A stretch of DNA of 64,000 nucleotides from the IMG/VR virus record IMGVR_UViG_3300021519_000916, positions 32,001 to 96,000 of that record. One strand, written 5' to 3'. Both the position numbers and the translations under genes were made by a program. Below are positions 37,991 to 47,192 of this stretch, piece by piece; positions within the stretch are counted from its first letter, which is position 1, and each line of letters opens with the position of its first letter. The notes beneath the pieces were generated by a model that saw only the letters and a program-made list of their open reading frames with translations, was not told the DNA's origin and ran no database searches. Source of the DNA: a virus.

Positions 37991-38958
37991 AAAAAGTTAT
38001 AGTAACAGGCGGATGTGGTTACATTGGTAGCCACATCGCTAGAGCCTTTAAATATAACTGTGATCAAGTAAACATTATTGATCAAGTCTTTCGCGAGCAT
38101 ACAGTCAAAGGTATAGATGGATACTTGATTGATGATTTTTCAAGCGACTCTGCATTGGCATATATTATCAACACAGCACCCGATGTAATTGTGCATTGCG
38201 CTGGTACTAGTTTAGTGGGACCGAGCATGACCGACCCTGCTGAATACTACGAAAATAATATTGTCAAGACCATTAAGCTATTAAATGTTATTAAGAATAT
38301 GCCTAATCCGCCAATTATTCTTTTTAGTAGTAGTGCCAGTGTATATGGTATTCCGGACTCGTGGCCTATTACCGAAGATAATGATGTTCAACCTATTAGC
38401 CCTTATGGTCGTACTAAAGCAATGACCGAAACTATACTGCGTGATTATTTTACTGCGTATAATATTAATAGTATGTGTTTTAGATATTTCAATGCCGCGG
38501 GTGCAGAACCGTTCAGTTTTAATCTTGGGCAAGAACCAAAAGCAACACATATAATTGCACAAGCACTAGAAGCTAGTTTATCTAAACGTGCATTTTTTAT
38601 TAATGGTGATGATTTTGATACCGAGGACGGAACATGTGTTCGTGATTATATTCATGTATGGGATATTGCGACAGCCCATATCAAGGCCGTTAACTTTTTC
38701 TTTGAAGATTATCCGCAAAGCGGAGCATACATTTATAATCTTGGTACTAAGACTGGTATCAGTAACAAACAAATCGTTGATTACGTGGCAAACAAATATG
38801 GATTACTCTTTGTAAAATATAGCCCACGTCGGATGGGAGACCCTGATCTCCTAATAGCAGATTCCACTCGAGCGCAAGTTGAGCTTGGATGGAAACCCGA
38901 GCACAGCTCAATTGAATCTATAATTGATTCAGCATACACATGGTATTGTCAAAAATGA
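37987..38958 (+). CDS. galE: UDP-glucose 4-epimerase
   Basis: VTGGCGYIGSH, FSSSASVYG, SPYGRTK, FRYFNAAGA, DGTCVRDYIHV, RR.GD. Confidence 0.9.
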   Translation: MKKVIVTGGCGYIGSHIARAFKYNCDQVNIIDQVFREHTVKGIDGYLIDDFSSDSALAYIINTAPDVIVHCAGTSLVGPSMTDPAEYYENNIVKTIKLLNVIKNMPNPPIILFSSSASVYGIPDSWPITEDNDVQPISPYGRTKAMTETILRDYFTAYNINSMCFRYFNAAGAEPFSFNLGQEPKATHIIAQALEASLSKRAFFINGDDFDTEDGTCVRDYIHVWDIATAHIKAVNFFFEDYPQSGAYIYNLGTKTGISNKQIVDYVANKYGLLFVKYSPRRMGDPDLLIADSTRAQVELGWKPEHSSIESIIDSAYTWYCQK

Positions 38959-39326
38959 GATTAAACGGAATGGTTAAAAAGGGATGGGGCCATGAGCTGA
39001 TATGGGCCACTAACGATCTCTACTGTGGTAAACTTATGCACTTTAACAAAGATGCTAAGTTCAGTATGCATTTTCATTCTAACAAAGATGAAACATGGTT
39101 AATACTAGAAGGTAAGTTTGAACTACGTTATATTGATACCAAGGATGCCAGCACCCACAGTAAAATACTAAAAGAAGGCGATACATGGCGCAATTATCCA
39201 CTTGAACCACATCAATTGATATGCATTGAAGAAGGTATTGTTGTTGAAGTATCAACGCCGGATAGTGTCGAAGATAATTACCGTGTGGGTAAAGGTGACA
39301 GCCAGGCCAAAACGGAGAAGACATAA
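38955..39326 (+). CDS. Cupin (mannose-6-phosphate isomerase-like)
   Basis: KGWGHE, SMHFH..KDETW, PH, EVSTPD. Confidence 0.8.
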   Translation: MRLNGMVKKGWGHELIWATNDLYCGKLMHFNKDAKFSMHFHSNKDETWLILEGKFELRYIDTKDASTHSKILKEGDTWRNYPLEPHQLICIEEGIVVEVSTPDSVEDNYRVGKGDSQAKTEKT

Positions 39327-39811
39327 TGAAAACACTATATTTAGACATGGATGGCGTGGTAGCAGACTTCAATGCCTATGCTATAAAAACATTAACCAGG
39401 AAGATTGATGGTGACGAACGCTGGGCACCGGGCGAGTGGCGGAAACTACGGGACAACCAACGACTATATAGGGATCTTGAACAGACTCCCGAAGCAGATC
39501 AATTGGTTGAATTTTGTCGCAATTTTTGTTTACAAAAAGAATATGCACTATTATTTCTGACAGCAATTCCCAAGAAGAATGATGTACCCTGGGCATTCTA
39601 TGATAAAGTATTATGGGCACAATTACGGTATCCTGACATTCCAGTTATGTTTGGTCCATACAGCCAGGACAAACAACATCACTATTGTGCTGGCGACATT
39701 TTAATTGACGATCGTACAAGCAATATTGAACAATGGCGAGCCGCAGGCGGCTTTGGTATATTGCATAAGGGTAACCTGGCATCAACTATAGGACATCTAC
39801 AATGTCTTTAG
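39326..39811 (+). CDS. 5'(3')-deoxyribonucleotidase, HAD family
   Basis: YLDMDGVVADF, LTA, K..W, LIDDR..N..W..AGG.GI. Confidence 0.85.
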   Translation: MKTLYLDMDGVVADFNAYAIKTLTRKIDGDERWAPGEWRKLRDNQRLYRDLEQTPEADQLVEFCRNFCLQKEYALLFLTAIPKKNDVPWAFYDKVLWAQLRYPDIPVMFGPYSQDKQHHYCAGDILIDDRTSNIEQWRAAGGFGILHKGNLASTIGHLQCL

Positions 39812-40200
39812 TTGTAGTCAACGGTACGTTTGACATTTTGCATGTTGGCCATATTATGCTTCTTAATACTGCACGTAGTATGGGGGATTACCTTTTAGTA
39901 TGCATCGATACCGACCGTAGAGTTGCAGAACTAAAAGGTGTAGACCGACCTATTAACAATCAAAGTGATCGCAGAGCTATGCTTAGTAATATTAAAGCCG
40001 TGGATCAAGTTGAATTGTTTGACACCGACCAAGATCTAATAGAGTTATTAAAATTATATAAACCTACCATTATGGTCAAGGGCAGTGACTATAGGGGCAA
40101 ACATATTGTTGGTGCTGAATATTGTAAAAGTATAGAATTTTTTGAAAGAACAAATGATTATTCCACAACAAAAACAATTCACAATATTATTAATCGGTGA
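39802..40200 (+). CDS. Heptose-1-phosphate adenylyltransferase-like (RfaE domain II / HldC)
   Basis: NGTFDILHVGH, KG..RPIN, VKGSDY, STT. Confidence 0.88.
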   Translation: MSLVVVNGTFDILHVGHIMLLNTARSMGDYLLVCIDTDRRVAELKGVDRPINNQSDRRAMLSNIKAVDQVELFDTDQDLIELLKLYKPTIMVKGSDYRGKHIVGAEYCKSIEFFERTNDYSTTKTIHNIINR

Positions 40201-40918
40201 TTATTGCACTGACATATATCAATACGGAACAGTAGACCGCATTAGCCCAGAAGCACCAGTACCTGTATTTAAATTCAATTATGAAGAACAACGTCCCGGA
40301 ATGGCGGGCAATGTATATCAAAATCTAATCGCACTTGGTTGCGATGTGCAATTCTTACATGGAAATACTTCAATCAAAACACGGCTAATTGATAGCCGTA
40401 GCAAACAACATATTGTACGAATTGATAATGATGTAGTATCAATGCCGCTAGAACTTGAGACTGATGTACCACCGGTATACGATGCAATTGTAATTAGTGA
40501 TTACAATAAGGGGACTGTTAGTTACGAATTAATTGAAAAACTAAAGCACCAAGGTATTCCTGTTTTTATTGATACAAAGAAAACAGACCTAGCCAGGTTA
40601 GAAGGTTGCTACGTTAAAATTAACAGTTTAGAATATAGTCTTGCTAAAACATTTCCCACAGAGCTAATAGTTACTACAGGGAAAGACGGGGCGATGTATA
40701 AGGGTCAAACATATCCTACTCCTGTGGTTAGTATAACCGACACATGCGGCGCCGGCGATACTTTCTTAGCGGCACTAGTATATCAACAGCTAAGTACTAG
40801 TAATATACATCAAGCCATTGAATTTGCCAATGTAGCATCATCAATAACCGTACAACATAGCGGTGTATATGCACCCACCTTAAAAGAAATAAATGAAAAT
40901 ATTACTAACCGGACATAA
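40154..40918 (+). CDS. Heptose-7-phosphate kinase-like (RfaE domain I / HldA, PfkB family)
   Basis: RISPEAPVPV, GMAGNV..N, KTR, SDYNKG, DTCGAGDTF. Confidence 0.88.
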   Translation: MIIPQQKQFTILLIGDYCTDIYQYGTVDRISPEAPVPVFKFNYEEQRPGMAGNVYQNLIALGCDVQFLHGNTSIKTRLIDSRSKQHIVRIDNDVVSMPLELETDVPPVYDAIVISDYNKGTVSYELIEKLKHQGIPVFIDTKKTDLARLEGCYVKINSLEYSLAKTFPTELIVTTGKDGAMYKGQTYPTPVVSITDTCGAGDTFLAALVYQQLSTSNIHQAIEFANVASSITVQHSGVYAPTLKEINENITNRT

Positions 40919-41666
40919 TGGATTTATCGGTAGCCACATGCTTAAGGCCTTATCTGGCCACGAAGTTGCTACATACGAATGGGGCGATACATATCGTCAT
41001 GGCGTTATGGGGTTTGATTGGGTTATACACCTGGGTGCAATTAGCTCAACTACAGAACGAGATATAGAAAAAGTACTCACACAAAATTTAGATTTTAGTA
41101 TCAATCTATATGATGAATGTAAAACTTTTGGAGTCAACTTCCAATATGCATCATCGGCTAGTATATATGGGCTAGTAAGTACGTTTAGCGAAGATGCTCC
41201 CCCGGATCCACGCACTCCGTATGCTTGGTCTAAGTATTTGTTTGAACGATATGTACGTACTCACCCAAGTGGTAGTATTGTACAGGGCTTTAGGTATTTT
41301 AACGTGTACGGTCCCGATGGCGAAGGTCACAAAGGGTCACAAGCAAGCCCATACTACCAATTTGCTAAACAAGCAAAAGAAACCAATAGCATCAAACTGT
41401 TTAAAAACAGTGATAAATATCTTAGGGATTTTATTCACGTTGATGAATTAGTGGCTACTCAGTTAAAATTTTTAAATGTTAAAGAATCCGGTATATGGAA
41501 TGTTGGCACCGGGAACACAAAAAGTTTTGCTGATGTGGCAAAAACATTTAATGTGAAACTAATCGAAATCCCAATGCCTGCTATATTAACAGACAGTTAT
41601 CAAAAATATACTTGTGCGGATCGTACTAAATTAAATGAAACGTTAGCGAAATTAAATGAGTTTTAA
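40893..41666 (+). CDS. hldD: ADP-L-glycero-D-manno-heptose 6-epimerase
   Basis: TG..GFIGS, HLGAISSTTE, YASSAS.YG, YAWSK, RYFNVYGP.E.HKG.QAS, RDFIHV, YQ.YT.AD. Confidence 0.88.
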   Translation: MKILLTGHNGFIGSHMLKALSGHEVATYEWGDTYRHGVMGFDWVIHLGAISSTTERDIEKVLTQNLDFSINLYDECKTFGVNFQYASSASIYGLVSTFSEDAPPDPRTPYAWSKYLFERYVRTHPSGSIVQGFRYFNVYGPDGEGHKGSQASPYYQFAKQAKETNSIKLFKNSDKYLRDFIHVDELVATQLKFLNVKESGIWNVGTGNTKSFADVAKTFNVKLIEIPMPAILTDSYQKYTCADRTKLNETLAKLNEF

Positions 41667-42234
41667 CGCACTATTTGAATTTGAAGAAGCATTGGCCAAG
41701 TATACCGGGGCGCCATATGCCGTTGTGACCGATGGTGGGACTCATGCAATTGAACTATGTCTGCGATACAAAAAAGTTACCACATGCGAATTCACAGCAC
41801 ATACGTATCTTAGTATACCCATGCTTATGCATCACTTAAACATCAAGTATAGACTAATCAACGAAGATTGGCTTGGTGAGTATTGTTTTTATAATACAAA
41901 TATATGGGATAGTGCCCGCAGATTGCAACCAGACATGTATAGGGAAAAACAAATGCAATGTCTGAGCTTTGGATATTCTAAACCGCTAGAGTTGGGCAAA
42001 GGTGGTGCAATACTACTTGATAATGTTGAAGCATACAAAGAGTTAAGCATGATGAGGTCGGATGGCAGGGACCTACACATCAATCCTTGGGAAACACAAA
42101 CAACATTTAAGCCAGGATATCATTACTGCCCTACATTAGAATTATGTAACGAAGGTATCAAGAAACTTTCTGTTACCAACAGCGTACAGGATGTGGCATA
42201 TCCAGACTGCCGTTTACTTAATATAACGAATTAA
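41656..42234 (+). CDS. Short DegT/DnrJ-type PLP sugar aminotransferase
   Basis: FEEALA.Y.G..YAV....T.A, DSA, SFGYSKPL..G.GGAI; only 192 aa. Confidence 0.75.
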   Translation: MSFNALFEFEEALAKYTGAPYAVVTDGGTHAIELCLRYKKVTTCEFTAHTYLSIPMLMHHLNIKYRLINEDWLGEYCFYNTNIWDSARRLQPDMYREKQMQCLSFGYSKPLELGKGGAILLDNVEAYKELSMMRSDGRDLHINPWETQTTFKPGYHYCPTLELCNEGIKKLSVTNSVQDVAYPDCRLLNITN

Positions 42235-43294
42235 GAAGAGTCCTAGATACTTTACCTGTGGCGTTGAGTGGTATTGCATCCACTTGTTCTACCAAGCTAG
42301 GTCTACAATGCTTACCCAGGCTAGATAAAAATACGCTAATACTGTCAGCATCGCAGGTGCCAACAAACAAACATTTAACAGTATCGGTACCAAATACAGC
42401 ACATTCCACCAATCCATTGATTGATTGTAATAACTGTCGTTCTAGACTGACTGGATTTAATTTTGATCCGCGAACATTTATTTGATCTTTGTGCCGGCCA
42501 AGTATCTTATAATATCCAGCATCGTCTTGCTCCGCCAAATCTCCGGTATCATACCATCTACTGCCCAATGTAACACCACTAAGGTGTAAGCGACCGTGTT
42601 CAATCTTGGCGATAACCCCATCTGGTAATCCAACTGTACCTATACGTTGTTCACCATGTAACGGGTTTGTGAAGCAATGGCTCATTGCTTCTGTCATACC
42701 AAATGCTTCTATTACAGGTACATTAAACTTATCCTGTAGTTTTATATAAGTTTCGTTTGGTAGTGGCGCACTAGCAGATCTAATAAATCGTAAATGATCA
42801 AAGTTTAATCCGCCAATTGCATTAAGTATATCAGGAATAGCAGTAATAAAGGTTGGCTTATATTCAGGCATTGTGCGTAGATCTTTAACTGTTATAAAAT
42901 GAGTTTCACATTTGGCCATTTGTGTTGCCCAATAAAAGCCTTGGCCGTGTGCATGCCATAAACTCATTACACTAACATACCTATCGTTTGCTGTAAGGTC
43001 GTAAGAGTTAATGATAGTTTTAGCCATGTGATCTAATTGTGGTTGACTAAAGCTACAAAATTTGCTATCCCCAGTGGTGCCAGACGTATACCAAAGCACA
43101 CGTTCATTTGGGTATTTCTTCCCTTCTCTTGTTTTTTCCTCGGTCGCTGTTATAAGTAAACTCCAATCGGAATTTTCTAAAAGGTATCGATTCCGTGCGG
43201 CAGTTGCATTTGGGTTTAGAACCATAATGCTATAGTTGGGTAGGGTGGGAATGTAGTCTTGTGGATTGTCCACACACAGCACAGCACGTTTCAT
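42218..43294 (-). CDS. AMP-binding (ANL) acyl-CoA ligase-like enzyme
   Basis: YTSGTTGDSK, EAFGMTE, YDTGD, GR.KD.I, P..LE, P.NATGK. Confidence 0.88.
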   Translation of the reverse strand: MKRAVLCVDNPQDYIPTLPNYSIMVLNPNATAARNRYLLENSDWSLLITATEEKTREGKKYPNERVLWYTSGTTGDSKFCSFSQPQLDHMAKTIINSYDLTANDRYVSVMSLWHAHGQGFYWATQMAKCETHFITVKDLRTMPEYKPTFITAIPDILNAIGGLNFDHLRFIRSASAPLPNETYIKLQDKFNVPVIEAFGMTEAMSHCFTNPLHGEQRIGTVGLPDGVIAKIEHGRLHLSGVTLGSRWYDTGDLAEQDDAGYYKILGRHKDQINVRGSKLNPVSLERQLLQSINGLVECAVFGTDTVKCLFVGTCDADSISVFLSSLGKHCRPSLVEQVDAIPLNATGKVSRTLLNSLY

Positions 43295-43324
43295 TTTGAG
43301 TAAACTTTATTTGAATTTATCACG

Positions 43325-43369
43325 TATTTATTCATAACTATTGACACTTAGATCTAAATACTATACAAT
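43325..43369. promoter_or_regulatory. Divergent promoter region
   Basis: Minus-strand ATAAATA (43325-31); plus-strand TTGACA (43341-46), 17 nt, TACAAT (43364-69), with CTAAATA inside the spacer. Confidence 0.65.
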
Positions 43370-43413
43370 AGTAAAATATTAAAGACATCCACGTCATTAA
43401 CTCGGAGAAAACA

Positions 43414-44319
43414 TTGCAAAAGAAATTCGTTCCTATTTACACAGATGTAGTAGATCGAACATTTAAACCACATCCAGTTTTGCATCCTACTCAACCAACC
43501 GAAGGCGAGAAGCAGGCGGCCGCATGGTTACAGGACGAGTTTTATGACTTGGATAAAGATGAACCAACACAGGAGAGCACTTTGACAGAATCAGTAACAT
43601 ACCAAAACATAGACGAAAAGGGCTATGAAGAATGTAATCTAGCGGATGCTATTCGCTTTAAGATGAAACGTGATAAGAAACGTTTTTGGGCAGGAGACAA
43701 TATTAGTGATTACCTACACGAAGGTGACAAAGAAAAACTAATCAATGAAGCAACTGAAGCATTTGAAAAAGTATTAGACACGTTGCTCATTGATCGCGAA
43801 AACGATCCTAACAGCAAGGGCACAGCCAAGCGACTGGCCAAGATGTATTTCAACGAAGTAATGGGAGGTCGATATGATCCAGCACCAAATGCAACGGCTT
43901 TTCCAAATGATAGTGAAGGTAGATATGAAGGTATGTTGGTGGTACGTAGTGAGTTACGAAGCATGTGTAGCCATCACCATCAGCCTGTATCTGGTGTGGC
44001 TTATATCGGTATCATCGCTGCTAATAAATTAATTGGTCTCAGCAAGTATACTCGTATTGCTCAGTGGTGTGCTCGCCGTGGTACGTTACAAGAAGAACTA
44101 TGTAACGACATTGCAAGAGAAATAATGAAGGCCACAGAAAGCGAAAACGTAGCGGTTTATATCCAAGCGACCCATGGTTGTTGCGAAAACCGAGGCATTA
44201 TGGCACATAGTTCGCTAACACAGACTACTGTACTTAAAGGTGCTTTCCAAACAGACTCTGGTACCAAGAAAGAGTTTATGGATAATATTAAACTACAGCA
44301 GGAATTTGCTCCAAGATAA
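43414..44319 (+). CDS. folE: GTP cyclohydrolase I with an N-terminal extension
   Basis: TAKRLAKMY, SMCSHHHQP, IGLSKY.RI, LQEEL, HGCCENRG. Confidence 0.95.
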   Translation: MQKKFVPIYTDVVDRTFKPHPVLHPTQPTEGEKQAAAWLQDEFYDLDKDEPTQESTLTESVTYQNIDEKGYEECNLADAIRFKMKRDKKRFWAGDNISDYLHEGDKEKLINEATEAFEKVLDTLLIDRENDPNSKGTAKRLAKMYFNEVMGGRYDPAPNATAFPNDSEGRYEGMLVVRSELRSMCSHHHQPVSGVAYIGIIAANKLIGLSKYTRIAQWCARRGTLQEELCNDIAREIMKATESENVAVYIQATHGCCENRGIMAHSSLTQTTVLKGAFQTDSGTKKEFMDNIKLQQEFAPR

Positions 44320-45056
44320 TGAAAGTCCTAGTAAATGGTTCATGTTTTAACCGGGGTGGTATCCACGGCGAAGAATCGGGCTGGGTCGATCTACTACGTG
44401 ATCAAACCGCATTTGAGATAGACAATTATAGTATGCGAAGTGCGGGTATTGATTATACAGTTGAATCAACTGTATCCATACTCACTAAACAAAAATACGA
44501 TGCTGTTATTATAGTATGGCCGCAGATACATAAAGTCGATTTAAAAACCGTCGATCCCATAAACTTTCCAAAGCACGAACGAACATCATACTATATTAGT
44601 AGACAAATAGAAAGAGCCAGTCTGATTAATCCAACCAGACAACATATTGATCATTTACAATTTGATCAGCACTGGGTCTTTAATCAATACCCCAGTATAA
44701 GAACCAAGAATATAATCGATACTTGGTATAGTTTTTTACTATATACCGATCATAAACAGGTGTTCACTGAAAATTTATTAAAAATATATATGCTCCAGCA
44801 ACATCTAAAATCATTGGATATTCCGTTCTTGTTTTATTTTGGAAAGTACAGTTCGTTTGCCGCGGCGTATCAAAAACAAAATAAATTGTTCGATGAGAGA
44901 TATGTTGATTTACAGTATAGTTTTATGGGTGTTGCAAAGAAAACAAAAGCATGGAATAAAAAATTATGGAAGTCTGGTATTAAAGGGCATCAAATGTTTT
45001 CAAAGATCGTGCAATATGGATTAACAAACTTACTAAAACAGAATGGATTGATCTAA
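44319..45056 (+). CDS. SGNH/GDSL-like protein
   Basis: VNGSCF..G, W, N.S...G, IIVW and C-terminal GH pattern shared with 50025 and 50737. Confidence 0.5.
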   Translation: MKVLVNGSCFNRGGIHGEESGWVDLLRDQTAFEIDNYSMRSAGIDYTVESTVSILTKQKYDAVIIVWPQIHKVDLKTVDPINFPKHERTSYYISRQIERASLINPTRQHIDHLQFDQHWVFNQYPSIRTKNIIDTWYSFLLYTDHKQVFTENLLKIYMLQQHLKSLDIPFLFYFGKYSSFAAAYQKQNKLFDERYVDLQYSFMGVAKKTKAWNKKLWKSGIKGHQMFSKIVQYGLTNLLKQNGLI

Positions 45057-45057
45057 C

Positions 45058-45393
45058 ATGATTAAAGGATTACGAGGCGACCAAGGTATTACGGTTAGTG
45101 GTGGCGATACTGCTGTTCCTTATATCTACCCAAATACTACCATACCTATGACAGGTATGATGCGAGTCTGGGGGTCAGACATGCAGGTATTTGATGGTAG
45201 CCATTGGCTTAATATGAATTCCAGTTATGCCACCGCAAGTTTAGGTCCAGAATTACAAGTATTATTAAATTGGATACGACGCAAGATGATACAAGAACAA
45301 GACCTACAATCGCTCATGGAGAAACATCCAGGCCTTAAAGATGCCAAAGATCGCTATGAGATTATGTTAAAATTAGTCACGGATCATAACTAA
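45058..45393 (+). CDS. Hypothetical protein
   Basis: 111-aa ORF. Confidence 0.65.
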   Translation: MIKGLRGDQGITVSGGDTAVPYIYPNTTIPMTGMMRVWGSDMQVFDGSHWLNMNSSYATASLGPELQVLLNWIRRKMIQEQDLQSLMEKHPGLKDAKDRYEIMLKLVTDHN

Positions 45394-45716
45394 TGATCCC
45401 GTTGCCGCCCGGGTGTAAGGTATCGTACGAAATACGTTTTTTAGTACCAGAACTAACAGATGAAATAGGTGAATGGTTTAATATGATTGGTGGTCATGCC
45501 GGTGCGATCGAAGAGTTTGACTATCGAGGTCGCAAACATATAGTAAAACAAGTACAATACGGTAAGGCAAAACCAAGCTACGTTACTAAAGATGGTACTG
45601 GACTTACCTTAATTCGTTTTACTGGCGAAGATGCAAGCACAGCCAGTGTATTTTTATTAAAATTTATGGAAAAGATTCAGAGTCACAATTTTAACATATA
45701 TAAGGATGGAAAATAG
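45393..45716 (+). CDS. Hypothetical protein
   Basis: 107-aa ORF, TAATG coupling. Confidence 0.65.
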   Translation: MIPLPPGCKVSYEIRFLVPELTDEIGEWFNMIGGHAGAIEEFDYRGRKHIVKQVQYGKAKPSYVTKDGTGLTLIRFTGEDASTASVFLLKFMEKIQSHNFNIYKDGK

Positions 45717-46287
45717 CATGACTATTAATAAAGTGTACTACACAGATAAAACAATTAAAAGCTGGATGCACGACATTATTCAAACAATGTACGCTGACGA
45801 TTTTAAACCCGATTACATTGTGGGTATCACTCGCGGCGGCCTGACTCCTGCATCTATGCTTAGTTACTACTTAAGAACGCCAATGGTTGCGCTAGATGTT
45901 AGTTTCCGAGAAGACTCCGAAGTAGGACAAGAAAGTAATTTGTGGTTAGCCGAAGAAGCGTTCGGATATGTTTCTTCCATTGATCAAGATGGCATGGAAG
46001 ATCCAGGTGACAAACCAAACTATGCGTTAAATGCTAAAAATATTCTTATCGTTGACGACATCAATGATACCGGACGTACACTACAATGGATTAAAGATGA
46101 TTGGGAAAGTGGTTGTCTTCCAACTAACGAAAGATGGGAAGGCGTCTGGCACAATAATGTAAGATTTGCTGTAATGATTAATAACGAAGCAAGTGAGTTC
46201 AAAAATATTGACTATGCAGGGTTGCATATCAATAAACTTGAAGAACCAATTTGGTGTGTATTTCCGTGGGAAGAATGGTGGCGTTAA
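45706..46287 (+). CDS. Purine phosphoribosyltransferase (Gpt/Hpt-like)
   Basis: IVGITRGGL.PA, ILIVDDINDTGRT, W..FPWE. Confidence 0.88.
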   Translation: MENSMTINKVYYTDKTIKSWMHDIIQTMYADDFKPDYIVGITRGGLTPASMLSYYLRTPMVALDVSFREDSEVGQESNLWLAEEAFGYVSSIDQDGMEDPGDKPNYALNAKNILIVDDINDTGRTLQWIKDDWESGCLPTNERWEGVWHNNVRFAVMINNEASEFKNIDYAGLHINKLEEPIWCVFPWEEWWR

Positions 46288-46622
46288 AAGAGTTTTACTT
46301 AGACGAAAGTCTTGAGTGGAATGTAACCACTCACACCGAATACAATAGTTATATAGATAAAGATATTGTTACGAACGAAGATTTGATTGAAGTACTTAAA
46401 GGCAAAGGTATCATCCGTACAATTGGCAGTGACGATGGCCCGGAATTTAAAGCACTACGCAATCAACTAGAAGAACTAGGTTACATTAAATGTCAGCGTG
46501 GTTGGTGGAATGGTGATCGTGTTGTAAAACCATTTCAGTTAAATGGATTAAAGTTTAAAAAGAACGAGCAATTTTTATCAGGAGCAGCAATGAAGTCTCA
46601 TTTAGAATTTTTAAGGAGATAA
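46275..46622 (+). CDS. Hypothetical protein
   Basis: ORF between the PRTase and the queD leader; start uncertain. Confidence 0.55.
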   Translation: MVALKEFYLDESLEWNVTTHTEYNSYIDKDIVTNEDLIEVLKGKGIIRTIGSDDGPEFKALRNQLEELGYIKCQRGWWNGDRVVKPFQLNGLKFKKNEQFLSGAAMKSHLEFLRR

Positions 46623-46630
46623 ATAGTTAT

Positions 46631-46712
46631 ATCCCCAGAATAGCGGTCTTCGGCGTTCATCCCGCTTTACAAATTCTGCCGCCTATGCTACACTTAACAT
46701 AGGAGAATAGTT
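46631..46712 (+). ncRNA. Candidate cis-regulatory RNA (riboswitch-like) in the queD leader
   Basis: ATAAATA promoter at 46619-25; stems CAGAAT/ATTCTG and AGCGG/CCGCT, possible pseudoknot GGCG/CGCC, anti-SD stem CCTATG/CATAGG. Confidence 0.55.
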
Positions 46713-47192
46713 ATGGCAAAGAAATATTTTAGTACTAAAACGTATAGGCAAATTGGTCCAGTTGCATACCGACAGTGGAGAGCAGATAGCCATTGTAATC
46801 AGATTCACGGATATGCAATGAGTTTCCATTTTGAATTTGAAGCTGATACACTGGATGCCCGTAATTGGGTTACTGACTTTGGTGGACTAAAGCCGCTAAA
46901 GGAACATTTAGAAGATTGGTTTGATCATACATTGCTAGTTGCACAAGATGATCCAATGCGTGAACATTTGCTGGAACTTGGTAGACTTAAACTTGCCAAG
47001 ATCACAGAAGTTGAAAAGACTGGTTGCGAAGGCATCGCAGACTTCTTGTACGAATACATTAATACAATTTTTTTACCAAACTGTGGTGCGGAAGAAGCTA
47101 AACGTGTTTGGTGTTGTAAGGTAGAAGTAAGAGAAACCGACAGCAATATGGCTGGACGTAAAGGTCACAGGGAAGATCGAGAATTTGATTAA
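46713..47192 (+). CDS. queD: 6-carboxy-5,6,7,8-tetrahydropterin synthase
   Basis: SHCNQIHGY, WVTDFGGLK, FDH, GCE..A, VRET. Confidence 0.9.
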   Translation: MAKKYFSTKTYRQIGPVAYRQWRADSHCNQIHGYAMSFHFEFEADTLDARNWVTDFGGLKPLKEHLEDWFDHTLLVAQDDPMREHLLELGRLKLAKITEVEKTGCEGIADFLYEYINTIFLPNCGAEEAKRVWCCKVEVRETDSNMAGRKGHREDREFD

